DNA of 22,289 nt from Octopus sinensis (taxonomy: Eukaryota): assembly GCF_006345805.1 (NCBI RefSeq), contig NW_021823708.1, positions 1-22,289 of the forward strand, written 5' to 3'. The translations under genes were made by a program, and so were the position numbers. The notes under the pieces were generated by a model. The model had not been told where the DNA came from and searched no databases. It saw only the letters and a list, made by a program, of their open reading frames with translations. Every line of letters begins with the position of its first letter. Within the stretch, counting starts at the first letter, position 1. Positions 10,892 to 20,933 of this stretch are shown one piece after another.

Positions 10892-11386
10892 TTGCAACAG
10901 CTCAGCTACTGGGAAAGGTTGAAACAGCTAAGACTCTACTCCCTGGAGAGAAGACGGGAGAGGTATGCAGTAAGATATATCTGGAAGATCCTGGAAGGAA
11001 TTGTGCCAAATTTTGGTTTTGTAAGCTACACCAATGCTAGAACGGGACGACACTGCATAGTGCCAAAGATCCCAGCAATGCCATCACGCTTCAGGACCAG
11101 CTTCTGCAACAGCCTGGGTTTCAAGGGCCCACAGCTTTTTAATATTCTCCCAAAGAGTCTGAGGAACTTGTACAAAGTTTTAAAATCAAAGCTGGACATC
11201 TTCCTGTCGAGAGTCCCAGATGAACCTACCTCACGGCAAGAGGTGCAAATGAGAGTAGCTATATCAAACTCCATTCTTCACCAAGTGCCACATATTAGAC
11301 GAGGTTCTTCGCAATAACAGTGTAGCACAAAACGGCGGTGCATCAGCATGGCCGCAGCTCTGAGCTGAAACTAGAGAAAAAAAAAA
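10892..11386 (+). mobile_element. 5'-truncated CR1/L2-group LINE: ORF2 C-terminus, 3' UTR and A tail
   Basis: LSYWERLKQLRLYSLERRRERYAVRYIWKILEGIVPN and GPQLFNILPKSLRNL...KSKLDIFLSRVPDEP are typical post-RT C-terminal motifs of CR1/L2-group LINEs; 3' stem-loop then an A-rich tail. Confidence 0.85.
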
Positions 11387-11759
11387 GTCTGTGTAGTTTC
11401 ACATTATCCAGTATGTTCTTTTTAAAACGATGCAGTGTGATTCCAAGGAGAGTTGGTTGCTATTTCTAGCACGCTGAATAGCTCAGAAGTAAATCAACAA
11501 TCATTAGCCTATACCCCAGAAGGATAATAAACTAATAATGGTTTATTTTAAAACAATAGGCGTTTACAGTGCTATATATAGCTACATACTTCCCTGATGA
11601 GGGCAGAATAAAAGAGGATAATGCCTAGAATTGTTTCCCATGCGTACTAGCTAAATAAAAACAAAACTAATCAGTGATTAATATTTATTTCAATTGCTGT
11701 GTATATCTCATTCAAAATATAACATCTATATACATACATTTGATTAATGTGAACATATA

Positions 11760-11974
11760 GGCGTAGGAGCGGCTGTGTGGTAAGAAGCTTGCTAACGAAC
11801 CACATGGTTCCGGGTTCAGTCCCACTGCGTGGCACCTTGGGCAAATGTCTTCTACTATACCCTCAGGCCGTCCAAAGCATTGTGAGTGGATTTGGTAGAC
11901 GGAGACTGAAAGAAGCCCGTCGTATGTATGTATGTATGTATGTATGTATGTATGTATGTATGTATGTATGTATG

Positions 11975-12013
<39 letters not shown>

Positions 12014-12021
12014 CACATATG

Positions 12022-12066
<45 letters not shown>

Positions 12067-12255
12067 GTATGTATGTGTGTGTATATGTTTGTGTCGGTGT
12101 TTGTCCCCCCCCGCAACATCGCTTGACAACCCTGTAGCTTAGTGGTTCGGCAAAAGAGACCGATAGAATAAGTACTAGGCTTACAAAGAATAATTCCTGG
12201 GGTAGATTTGGTCGACTAAAGGCGGGGCTCCAGCATGGCCAGAGTCAAGTGACTG
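11760..12255 (+). mobile_element. tRNA-derived SINE (type 3, CORE-like cttgggcaa motif) with internal microsatellite
   Basis: Head ggcgtaggagcggctgtgtggtaag with B box gggttcagtcc (11812-11822); ccttgggcaaatgtctt core; internal (TATG)n(TA)n(TG)n at ~11923-12085; 3' tail ggcggggctccagcatggcc...gactg. Confidence 0.85.
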
Positions 12256-12309
12256 TACTTCATGAGGACACAACTGGGATTGAAACCTCTTATAACCATT
12301 ATGAACATA

Positions 12310-12620
12310 TATACGTTTTCTCTTTCAGTTGAATCCAAGTTCTTGAAAGAATTCAAGCCGGTCTCTAACAAAGCAAGACATTTTGAGTTAAGAGTTTGAA
12401 ATGTCGATGAGTACACTCAAGTGTGTGCGTCTATTCACATTAGAATCTCAGATGGAAATTTTTTGGAATGTCTTACAAAGCTTCACTGTGCTACTTATAG
12501 ACGGGATTTGGAGAAACCGCGTTAGTTTTTTGTTGTTCTTCCGTAAACTGAGCATTTCTAAGTTTTTGTGCAAATTTGTTGGTACATAACCGACGATGAT
12601 TGATACAAACGAGATGTAAT
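12310..12620 (-). mobile_element. R4-clade retrotransposon 3' end (RLE C-terminus plus 3' UTR), lineage B
   Basis: SFVSIIVGYVPTNLHKNLEML...LTRFLQIPSISSTVKLCKTFQK, stop at 12448-12450; homologous to 21040-21672 and 21893-22186. Confidence 0.7.
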
Positions 12621-13032
12621 AGGCCGAGTTGTGGCGGTATTTGGCACAAAGCCACAGGAATTTAAGTTTGAGGCGTTTCTTCTCTTGGTCAACGCAGTAA
12701 TGGTAGCATCGGTCAATAGCTGCGGTTGTTCTTCGGTATGCATGTTCAATGGTTGACGTGATGCTGCATATCGTTTCAAAGAATTTGCGTATGTGTTCAT
12801 GTAAACTGCGGAACATATATCTACCCAAGTGCTTCCGCAGCCTACATGAGCACATACGCAAATTCTTTGAAATATATGCAGCATCACGTCAACCATTGAA
12901 CATGCATACAGAAGAACAACCACAGCTATTGACCGATGCTACCACCGCTGCGTTGACCAAGTGAAGAAACAGCTCAAACTTAAATTCCTGTGGCTTTGTA
13001 CCAAATACCGCCACAACTCGGTCTATTACATC
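12613..13032. repeat. Long inverted repeat (foldback): ~200 bp arms and 19 nt loop
   Basis: 12613-12813 is the reverse complement of 12833-13032; by hand about 14 substitutions and one indel. Confidence 0.95.
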
Positions 13033-13123
13033 GACACAGATGAACACGACACGTCCACCGAACACTAACATCGAGGACACCAGCCCACCTTCATAAACAA
13101 TATACTTCACGCGAACTACAAAA

Positions 13124-13170
<47 letters not shown>
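13124..13170. repeat. (CT)n microsatellite
   Basis: Read directly. Confidence 0.95.
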
Positions 13171-13193
<23 letters not shown>

Positions 13194-13365
13194 AACGTAA
13201 ACATAACGATGTAAGAAATTTGAAAAGCTGAACGCGAAACTGGCCATTTCTTCAAAAACTATGTCATTGTATGAAAAAAATTTATAACATTCTTCAGACA
13301 TATTGACTCAAATATATATTTTTTAACCTTTTAAAACAAGCCTTCTGTAGTTTTTTCACTTTTTC

Positions 13366-13380
13366 TATTTTATATATATG

Positions 13381-13439
<59 letters not shown>

Positions 13440-13492
13440 GTATGTGATATGTATACAGTAATATATAAATATGTGTATATATATATATATAT

Positions 13493-13529
<37 letters not shown>

Positions 13530-13654
13530 ATTTATAATATATTTATTTATAATATATATATGTACATTCATATATACATACATATTTGTATGTGTGTATA
13601 TATAATAGTATGTGATATGTATACAGTAATATATAAATATGTATATATATATAT

Positions 13655-13696
<42 letters not shown>

Positions 13697-13796
13697 TTCA
13701 TATATACATACATATTTGTATGTATTTATGTATAGATGAATGGCTTGATGTATATGTATATGTGCATGTGTGTAGGCATGCATAAATATGTATATG

Positions 13797-13862
<66 letters not shown>

Positions 13863-13870
13863 AACATGTA
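13366..13870. repeat. (TA)n-rich tract with internal tandem duplication
   Basis: aatagtatgtgatatgtatacagtaat at 13436 and 13604; tgtacattcatatatacatacatatttgtatgt at 13561 and 13691. Confidence 0.9.
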
Positions 13871-13997
13871 TTTTCTCATATCTCTCTTTGGACATGGGCG
13901 TTTTTTGTATAACCGAGTGTTGATATGTTGGTTTTTGGTTTCAGTTATGTGACCTCGTGAATAGCTATAGACTGTAATCTCTAACTACTTATAACTA

Positions 13998-14063
13998 CGC
14001 ACACACACACACACAGACAGAGACACACACACACACACACAGACACACACAGACACACACACA

Positions 14064-14094
<31 letters not shown>

Positions 14095-14100
14095 CACATA
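13998..14100. repeat. (CA)n microsatellite
   Basis: Read directly. Confidence 0.95.
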
Positions 14101-14339
14101 AATATTGTTGACGCCATATGAATTTATAAACATTCTAGGGGGCGTGAAATAATTTTGTTCTAGAACAATAGATCTCGAAGCAAACGCAAAACTGTAAATA
14201 ATAGCAAGTGTGTTGTCGAGGCGAAAAACCCTTCTAGATTTAATTCGGAGGCTGCCCGTGGGACAAGATCGAGTGTGCCCCAAAAGTATTATATATTCAT
14301 ATATACATACACATATCAATATATACACATATATATATA

Positions 14340-14648
<309 letters not shown>

Positions 14649-15047
14649 CCTTATGAAATTGTCTATGCATTCTTTTCTTTATACACCTATTTGCAGTTTC
14701 ATTCATTCTCAAGTGCTTGTACAGTGCTTTATCTTTGCAATCTTCCATCATATACAAACCTGACCTTCTTGCTTCCAATAACAGCGGTTCTGTGGCATTT
14801 TTTACATATGTTGTTTTCTTCTGTTCGCATCCAATCAATCTTCTTTCCCCTCTTTTTCTTGGTACATACAATCTGTCTGTGTCACTTTTTGGTTGGAGTA
14901 TTCCATATCTAGTCAGTAACTTCCTTGTCTTTCTGTCCAAGCTGTTTGGTTCGTCTACTGTCCATGCGATTACCCCTGCTCCATATCTAACGAGTGAAAC
15001 CATCCTTCGACTTAAGGATCAGTCTCAATCTGCGCAAGTACTCCACC
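14649..15047 (-). mobile_element. R4/Dong-clade retrotransposon fragment (RT thumb region), lineage A
   Basis: EYLRRLRLILKSK...VSLVRYGAGVIAW...LDRKTRKLLTRYGILQPKSDTDRLYVPRKRG...KRMHRQF, matching the R4-clade pattern AVSLIRYSAG...DRKTRKL...HPKSDVDRLY.PR..GGRGL. Confidence 0.85.
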
Positions 15048-15078
<31 letters not shown>

Positions 15079-15089
15079 TATTATTATTA

Positions 15090-15141
<52 letters not shown>

Positions 15142-15162
15142 GTTATTATTATTATTATTATT
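15048..15162. repeat. (ATT)n microsatellite
   Basis: Read directly. Confidence 0.97.
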
Positions 15163-15225
15163 AAGGCGGCGAGCCGGCAGAAACGTTAGCATGCCGGGTG
15201 AAATGTTTAGTGGTATTTCGTTACG
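15163..15225 (+). mobile_element. 5' head only of a type 2 SINE
   Basis: aaggcggcgagccggcagaaacgttagcatgccgggtgaaatgtttagtggtatttcg matches the family head; it ends before the B box. Confidence 0.8.
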
Positions 15226-16376
15226 GCACCATGCTATCCATTCTTTTCAACTATCTAATACTTTCCTGATTATTCTGACCGTACCAAGGAAGCATGCCTT
15301 TTGTAACAGTCGTACTGGGCACTCTCTTCCAATTTCCTTTATATTCCCCTTGATACCTTCTGATACTGTCCCCAAGGACCCAACGATAATTGGCATTAGC
15401 TTAACCTTCTTCATTTTTCATAGCCGGGCTATTTCGTACTTAAGAGGGTTGTATTTATCTAATTTTTCCCTTTCTTTCTTGACTATTCGTGGGTCAAAGG
15501 GTCCTGCAACATCAACTATATAGCACGTGTGATGTATCTTGTCGGCCATCACTAGGTCGGGCTATTATGCTCTAGCACCTGATCTGTTGGGATTGGGAAA
15601 TCCCAGAGGGTTTTACTAGGCTTCGACCCCAACACTCTTTGCGGTTGGTGCTCATACCACGTCTTGCCTCTCTCTAGCCTCCGTTTTTCGCAGTTTCCAA
15701 TGCAGCACTTTCGCTACCTGATCGCATTGACACAACTTGTAGTGGTAATGGGCAAGTCTAGGGCATTCATTCGTGACGTGGGCAATGGTTTCATCCATTC
15801 TATTGCAGATGCGGCACAGCGGAGACACTTGCTCATTCCTAAGGCCCACCCTCCAGTTCATAACCAAAGCTTGGTCTTGCACCGTCAGCATAGTGCTCTC
15901 AGTCTCTTTTTTTAGTGTTCCTTTCTTCAGCCAATTTCACGTATGTTTTTCAGAAACTTCTGTTGTGGAGCCATGGAACCCTTGTTGCATAATTCTTCTT
16001 CATGCCCTTTTTATACTTCTTCCTCTGTTTTTCCTCTTTTTTCTCTGCTCTCGAGTTCGATACGTACGCAGTTTTCCACACCTATCAGTCCTCTTCCTTC
16101 ATTTGCTCTCTCCATGTATAGGCGATCCGTGTCTGCACGTAGATGATGGGCTCCATGCTTCGCTAAAAGCTTTCTTAATTTCCTGTCAATCTCCTTTAGC
16201 TCCTCCTCAGTCCATTTCAGGATTCCAGCGTCATACCGAACTACTGCGACTGCGCGGGAGTTTATTGCCGAAGTTACGTTTCTGGCATTCAGCTTTGAAG
16301 CCAATGTTTTTCTCATTTACCGCAGGTACTCTCTTTTTGTCTTTTCCCTCATGTCGTTGTGTTTAATTCCTATTAC

Positions 16377-16377
<1 letters not shown>
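15226..16377 (-). mobile_element. R4/Dong-clade retrotransposon, 5'-truncated: RT thumb, CCHC zinc finger, restriction-like endonuclease
   Basis: SKLNARNVTSAINSRAVAVVRY...ADTDRLYMER..GRGL; QDQAL...SPLCRICNRMDETIAHVTNECPRLA (CCHC); WYEHQP...LWDFPIPTDQVLEHN/RPDLVMADK...IVDVAGPFD...EKLDKY (RLE); LLQKACFLGTVRIIRKVL then stop at 15247-15249. Frameshifted. Confidence 0.9.
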
Positions 16378-16443
<66 letters not shown>

Positions 16444-16447
16444 GTTA

Positions 16448-16488
<41 letters not shown>

Positions 16489-16543
16489 GTTATTGTTGTT
16501 ATTATTATTATTATTATTATTATTGTTGTTATTGTTGTTGTTG

Positions 16544-16610
<67 letters not shown>

Positions 16611-16615
16611 GTTAT
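16378..16615. repeat. (ATT)n/(GTT)n microsatellite
   Basis: Read directly. Confidence 0.97.
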
Positions 16616-17179
16616 ATGAAGTCTCACAGCTTATTTTACTGAGTATGATGAAAAGTGTCAGCTGTCCACAGCCAACGGAATAAGATGACACTCGTTTATT
16701 ATTATTATTGTTGTTGCTTTTTGTTTGTCACCTTCTGAAGGTATTATATTTGTTCTCCCGTCTTTGAATAAATTGGTGAATTTTTTTTAGTCAAAGAGGT
16801 GAAAGTTTTCATTTATTATTTTCTGGCATATTTATGGAAAAAAAAAAAGAGAAACAACTTTTCTTCGCGCGCCGATATTCAGTGTAAAATGTCAATCCGA
16901 CATGCTCCACCAAAGATCATAAACATTTGCACATATTCAACACATGAATACACAAAAAAAGATTATAAATGAAAATACGAGAATTTGAGAGAAAGAAAAT
17001 TATGATTCGTCAGGTGTTTCTGACGCAGATAAAGCTTTTTGAAGGTTCACGTGACATAAACAATAAAAGCAGCAACACACCTTATCATACGGATAATTGC
17101 AAAAGCCTTGTCAAACAGAAATTTTTTTTTTAACTGGAGTAGGTTTCTGCTGGAGACGTAAATTATATTACATTAACTA

Positions 17180-17520
17180 AAGACCCCCTTCGGTCATGAA
17201 TGACCATGGAATTGCACCTAGAAAGTTACCCTCCTAGACACAAGTCCGGGCAAGGTTGTTTATGGAAGCCAGCAGTCGCCCATGCATACCAGCCTCCCCT
17301 CTCCACGCCACCAGTGTTATCCAAGGGAAAGACAAAGGGCGATAGTGTTTGGCACCAGTGACGTCGTAACTCATTTCTACAGCTGAGTGAACTGGAGCAA
17401 CGTGAAATAAAGTGCCTTGCTCGAGAACACAACACGCAGCCCGGTCCGGGATTCGAGCTCACAACCTCACGATCGTAAGCTCGACGCTCTAATCACTGAG
17501 CCATGCGCCTTCACATACAC
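17180..17520 (-). mobile_element. tRNA-derived SINE (type 4, V/CORE-like central motif) with TSD
   Basis: Minus strand gtgaaggcgcatggctcagtgattagagcg...gagctcgaatccc; central gagcaaggcactttatttcac...tcagctgtagaaatgag; 13 bp TSD attacattaacta at 17167-17179 and 17521-17533. Confidence 0.85.
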
Positions 17521-19496
17521 ATTACATTAACTATATTATTACATTAACTATATTATTACATATTATACTATATTACATCTTTGCACAAGACTTTCTCCAA
17601 GTGTGGTGGAAGAAGGAAGATGATATATTTAATGGTTTAAGAAAATATACAGGGGATAAAGTGTGTGTGCATTTTGTGTGCCATTTAAAGGTAAACTGAA
17701 ACAGGCTTCCGCCAACGGGAGGGGCAGTAATTTGTCCATTGAACGAGATAAAGTGTACAGTATGTGTTTGCAGTCTTTTCAGAACTTAGGACGAAACCAG
17801 AAGGTAACACATCGCAAAGGTAACAGTGAGAAGCATTGCCAGCAAAGGTAACAGTGAGAGGCATTGCTAGCAATATCAACCCCTGACGAATTGTCATTTT
17901 GTGATGCAATATGGGTAGTCTGTAAGAGATAAAAAGACAGGGAACGACATGTGGTCGGGACGGGTTAGTATGGAGTCGAAAGTCTTTATGAATCCACAAA
18001 ATCACAGGTTCATTCCAGAACTATGCCTAGTAGGGAGCGCAGAATCCAACCAGTTAGACTGATGGTAGAGGACAAAAAAACTCAAGTGTTATACTTGTGA
18101 CAGCAAAAGTCACCAGAATGCTTTCCTTCTGATGATTAATAAAAACCATTGAAGGTCGACAATATCAAGATCTGGAGACTACTGTTCCAAAAGCACCGTC
18201 GGCTGAAGCCTTAAATTAGAGGAAGAGATTGCATTGTGTTCGGCGGGAGATCTATTTAGCAGCGTTGACAGTAGGAGAGATAAAGGAACAGATATATCCA
18301 TATCAACTGCAACTGCAGAAAACCCTAGTCTCCATAATTACTAACCACCAGCGGCAGCAGCAGCAGCAGCAGCAGCCTTTCAAGAATGTGGACCTGGAGA
18401 TCTCCATTTCCAGCGACTTCGAGGACCACCTCCCAGTGGTGTCGGGCGTCAACGAAGAGCCCTCGACTACAACAAGACGACCCAAAGTTTTTTTTTTCTA
18501 AGGTCTGGGGTCTCCCGCCTCTAAGCCCTAGACCATCACCTAATCACCCTTACCCGTCTTGTTGCTTAACAACAACAACAACAGCAGCAGCAGCAGCATC
18601 GGCAGTAGCTACATTACCACCACTGCCACCACAAACTCCCTCATCTTGTGACGAGAGGCAAGTGATGAAAACAGAGGAATCAAAACTTTGAAGGCAACAC
18701 AGAAGGAAATATATAGGAAGAAACCCCCAAGAAAAATTGCAACAGAAAGCAACAAAAAGGAGTGGTGGTGAGGAGGACGATCACTTTCCTCAGAACAGTA
18801 ATGATCACGACGACGTATGGGACTAAATTGAAATTTATCGTCCTTCGGAAATTAATCCAGTATCTGACAGGTAGGATTACACATTTGTAAAGCAAAAGCT
18901 ATGTCGGGGGTGTATAGCTTACTTAGAAGCAATTAGGGTTGGAACGTTAGAGACTCTCAAACGATTGGATGTTGGTTGAAATAAGAGAAAAAATATTACA
19001 CTTAACCAAAGCAGTAGGTGTTTCCTACTCCAACCCACTAAAAAAAAAAATGCTAGTAGGTGCATTTGAATGCACGAGGTAGTAGTACGAAGAATAGCGT
19101 GTGGATAGAAACGTGGGATGCGCTAACCGACCAACCCATTTGTTTCTCACCCGCGTGTGGGATAAAGCTCTAAATGACTTCCGTTTAATTATCCGTTTTT
19201 AATTATACATTGTTTTAATTATTGTGTTTTATCATAATCCGTTTATTTATTCCGTGTAATTGTGTGCTTTTATAAATTTTTAACTTGTGTTCTTTTAATT
19301 GTATGACATCATTCACCCGCTTCTCTCGTTTTTATATTACCCGTTTGTCCCACGCCACACATATTTGTACGTTTCCTATTCAATAAACAAAGTATTTTTA
19401 TTGTACCTCAATTAAAGCCCCTTGTGGCTGAAGAAAACATAACTACAGCAACAACAATAATTATTATATTATTAATAACAGTTGTGGCTGCTTAAA

Positions 19497-19945
19497 AGCC
19501 GTGCCCTGGCCGAATTGCTAGCACGCCAGACAAAGTACCGCTTAGTACTTCATTCGTGTTTAGATTTTGTGTTCAAACTGTCGACTTTACGTTTTATCCT
19601 CTCGGAGGTCGATAAAATAAGTACCTATTTCTTTACTACTCACAAGGGGCTAAACACAGAGGGGACAAACAAAGATAGACAAACGGATTAAGTCGATTAT
19701 ATCGACCCCAGTGCGCAACTGGTACTGATTTAATCAACCCCGAAAGGATGAAAGGCAAAGCCGACCTGCGCGGAATTTGAACTCATAACGTAGCGGCAGA
19801 CGAAATACCGCTGAGCATTTCGCCCGGCGTGCTAACAATTCTGCCACCTCACCGATAAAATAAGTACCAGTTGAGCACTGGGTTCGATGAAGTCAACTTA
19901 ACTCCTCCTGCAACATTGCTGGCCTTATGCCAAAATTTGAAGCAA
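19497..19945 (+). mobile_element. Old type 2 SINE interrupted by an antisense insertion
   Basis: Degenerate head (ctggccgaattgctagcacgcc), gtcgacttt...ggaggtcgataaaataagtacc; resumes at 19853 with agttgagcactgggttcgat...gccttatgccaaaatttga. Confidence 0.7.
19626..19852 (-). mobile_element. Younger type 2 SINE nested antisense in an older copy
   Basis: 16 bp TSD cgataaaataagtacc at 19610-19625 and 19853-19868; body matches 2635-2845 and 7065-7297. Confidence 0.9.
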
Positions 19946-19965
19946 CTATTATTATTATTGTTATT

Positions 19966-20522
19966 ATCTCAAAGCGGTGACCTGGCAAAGTCGCCAGCAT
20001 GCCAGACAAAATTTTGCTAAGCATAACACCTTGTATTCTAACCCATTTCTGAAAAGGATAACAGGGAAAGTCGACTTCGCAGAATTTTCACTCACAATGT
20101 AAAACCGGAAGATAATTCACTAAGTATTTTGTCCGGCACGGTGACAATTCTTCCAGTTCGCCCCTTTAACCAATAACAATATTGCTTTCTGATGTTGGTT
20201 CAAAACCAGCAATTCTGAGGGGACGTGGGAAGTCATTTACGTCGACCGGTACTTATTTTATTGATCGCGAAAGACAAAATCGACCTCAGTGGAATTTGAA
20301 GTTAGAACTTCAAGACGGAAGAAATGCTGTTAAACATTTTGTCCGGTGCATCAGGATCTGAAGACTATTGCCAGCTTGACGCCTGCTTGATGATTCTTCC
20401 AGTTTGACGCCTTCAGCAATAATCATAATATCTGCTAAAGGCTCAAAGCCTGAAGTTTTGTGGGAGAGAGACAGTCGATCATGGCGATCCCAGTGCTAAC
20501 GTTTCTGCTGGCTCGCCGCCTT
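19966..20522. mobile_element. Cluster of degraded type 2 SINE fragments in both orientations
   Basis: Head at ~19970 (+) after an (ATT)n run; minus fragments at ~20062-20167, ~20190-20350 and ~20470-20522 (ctggctcgccgcctt). Confidence 0.6.
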
Positions 20523-20773
20523 TTCCCACTAATAATAATAATGGCTGCTAGTAATCTTGAGCTCTAAATTTTCCAAATTTCTTTTTCACTTTTCCTTTAC
20601 GCTTGTTAATTTTCTTATTGTATTGTTCTTTTCTCTCCATCACACTGAATATTTTCTTTGTGTTCGTATATTTACACATCTTTCAAAGTCGCTTATTTGT
20701 TCACGTCTATTACTACTACTACTACAACAACAACAACAACAACAACAAAAATTATTTTATTAATTTCGATACA

Positions 20774-20933
20774 CCGTATTTTAACATGTCAAAAATTAGG
20801 TTAAAAAAATATGGGAGTTTCTTATACAGGGATAGAATTATAATCCCTTACAAAGCCTTTTTTCCAAATTTTAAGACCCCAAAATTAGGGGGTTTCTTAT
20901 AAACGAGTGTTCCTCGTACACGTTAAAATACGG
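20774..20933. mobile_element. Tc1/mariner (pogo/Tc2-like) MITE, 160 bp
   Basis: 16 bp TIRs ccgtattttaacatgt (20774-20789) and acacgttaaaatacgg (20918-20933), 15/16 match; TA on the right, CA on the left (possibly a mutated TA); internal repeated tttcttata. Confidence 0.7.

Noticed and set aside
12558-13110. Overlapping similar ORFs suggesting a duplicated gene
   Set aside because: They are explained by the inverted repeat, and I do not recognise a protein family.
14717-15523. 268 aa plus-strand ORF, the longest in the window
   Set aside because: It is antisense to the R4 fragments and runs through (ATT)n; the recognisable protein motifs are on the minus strand.
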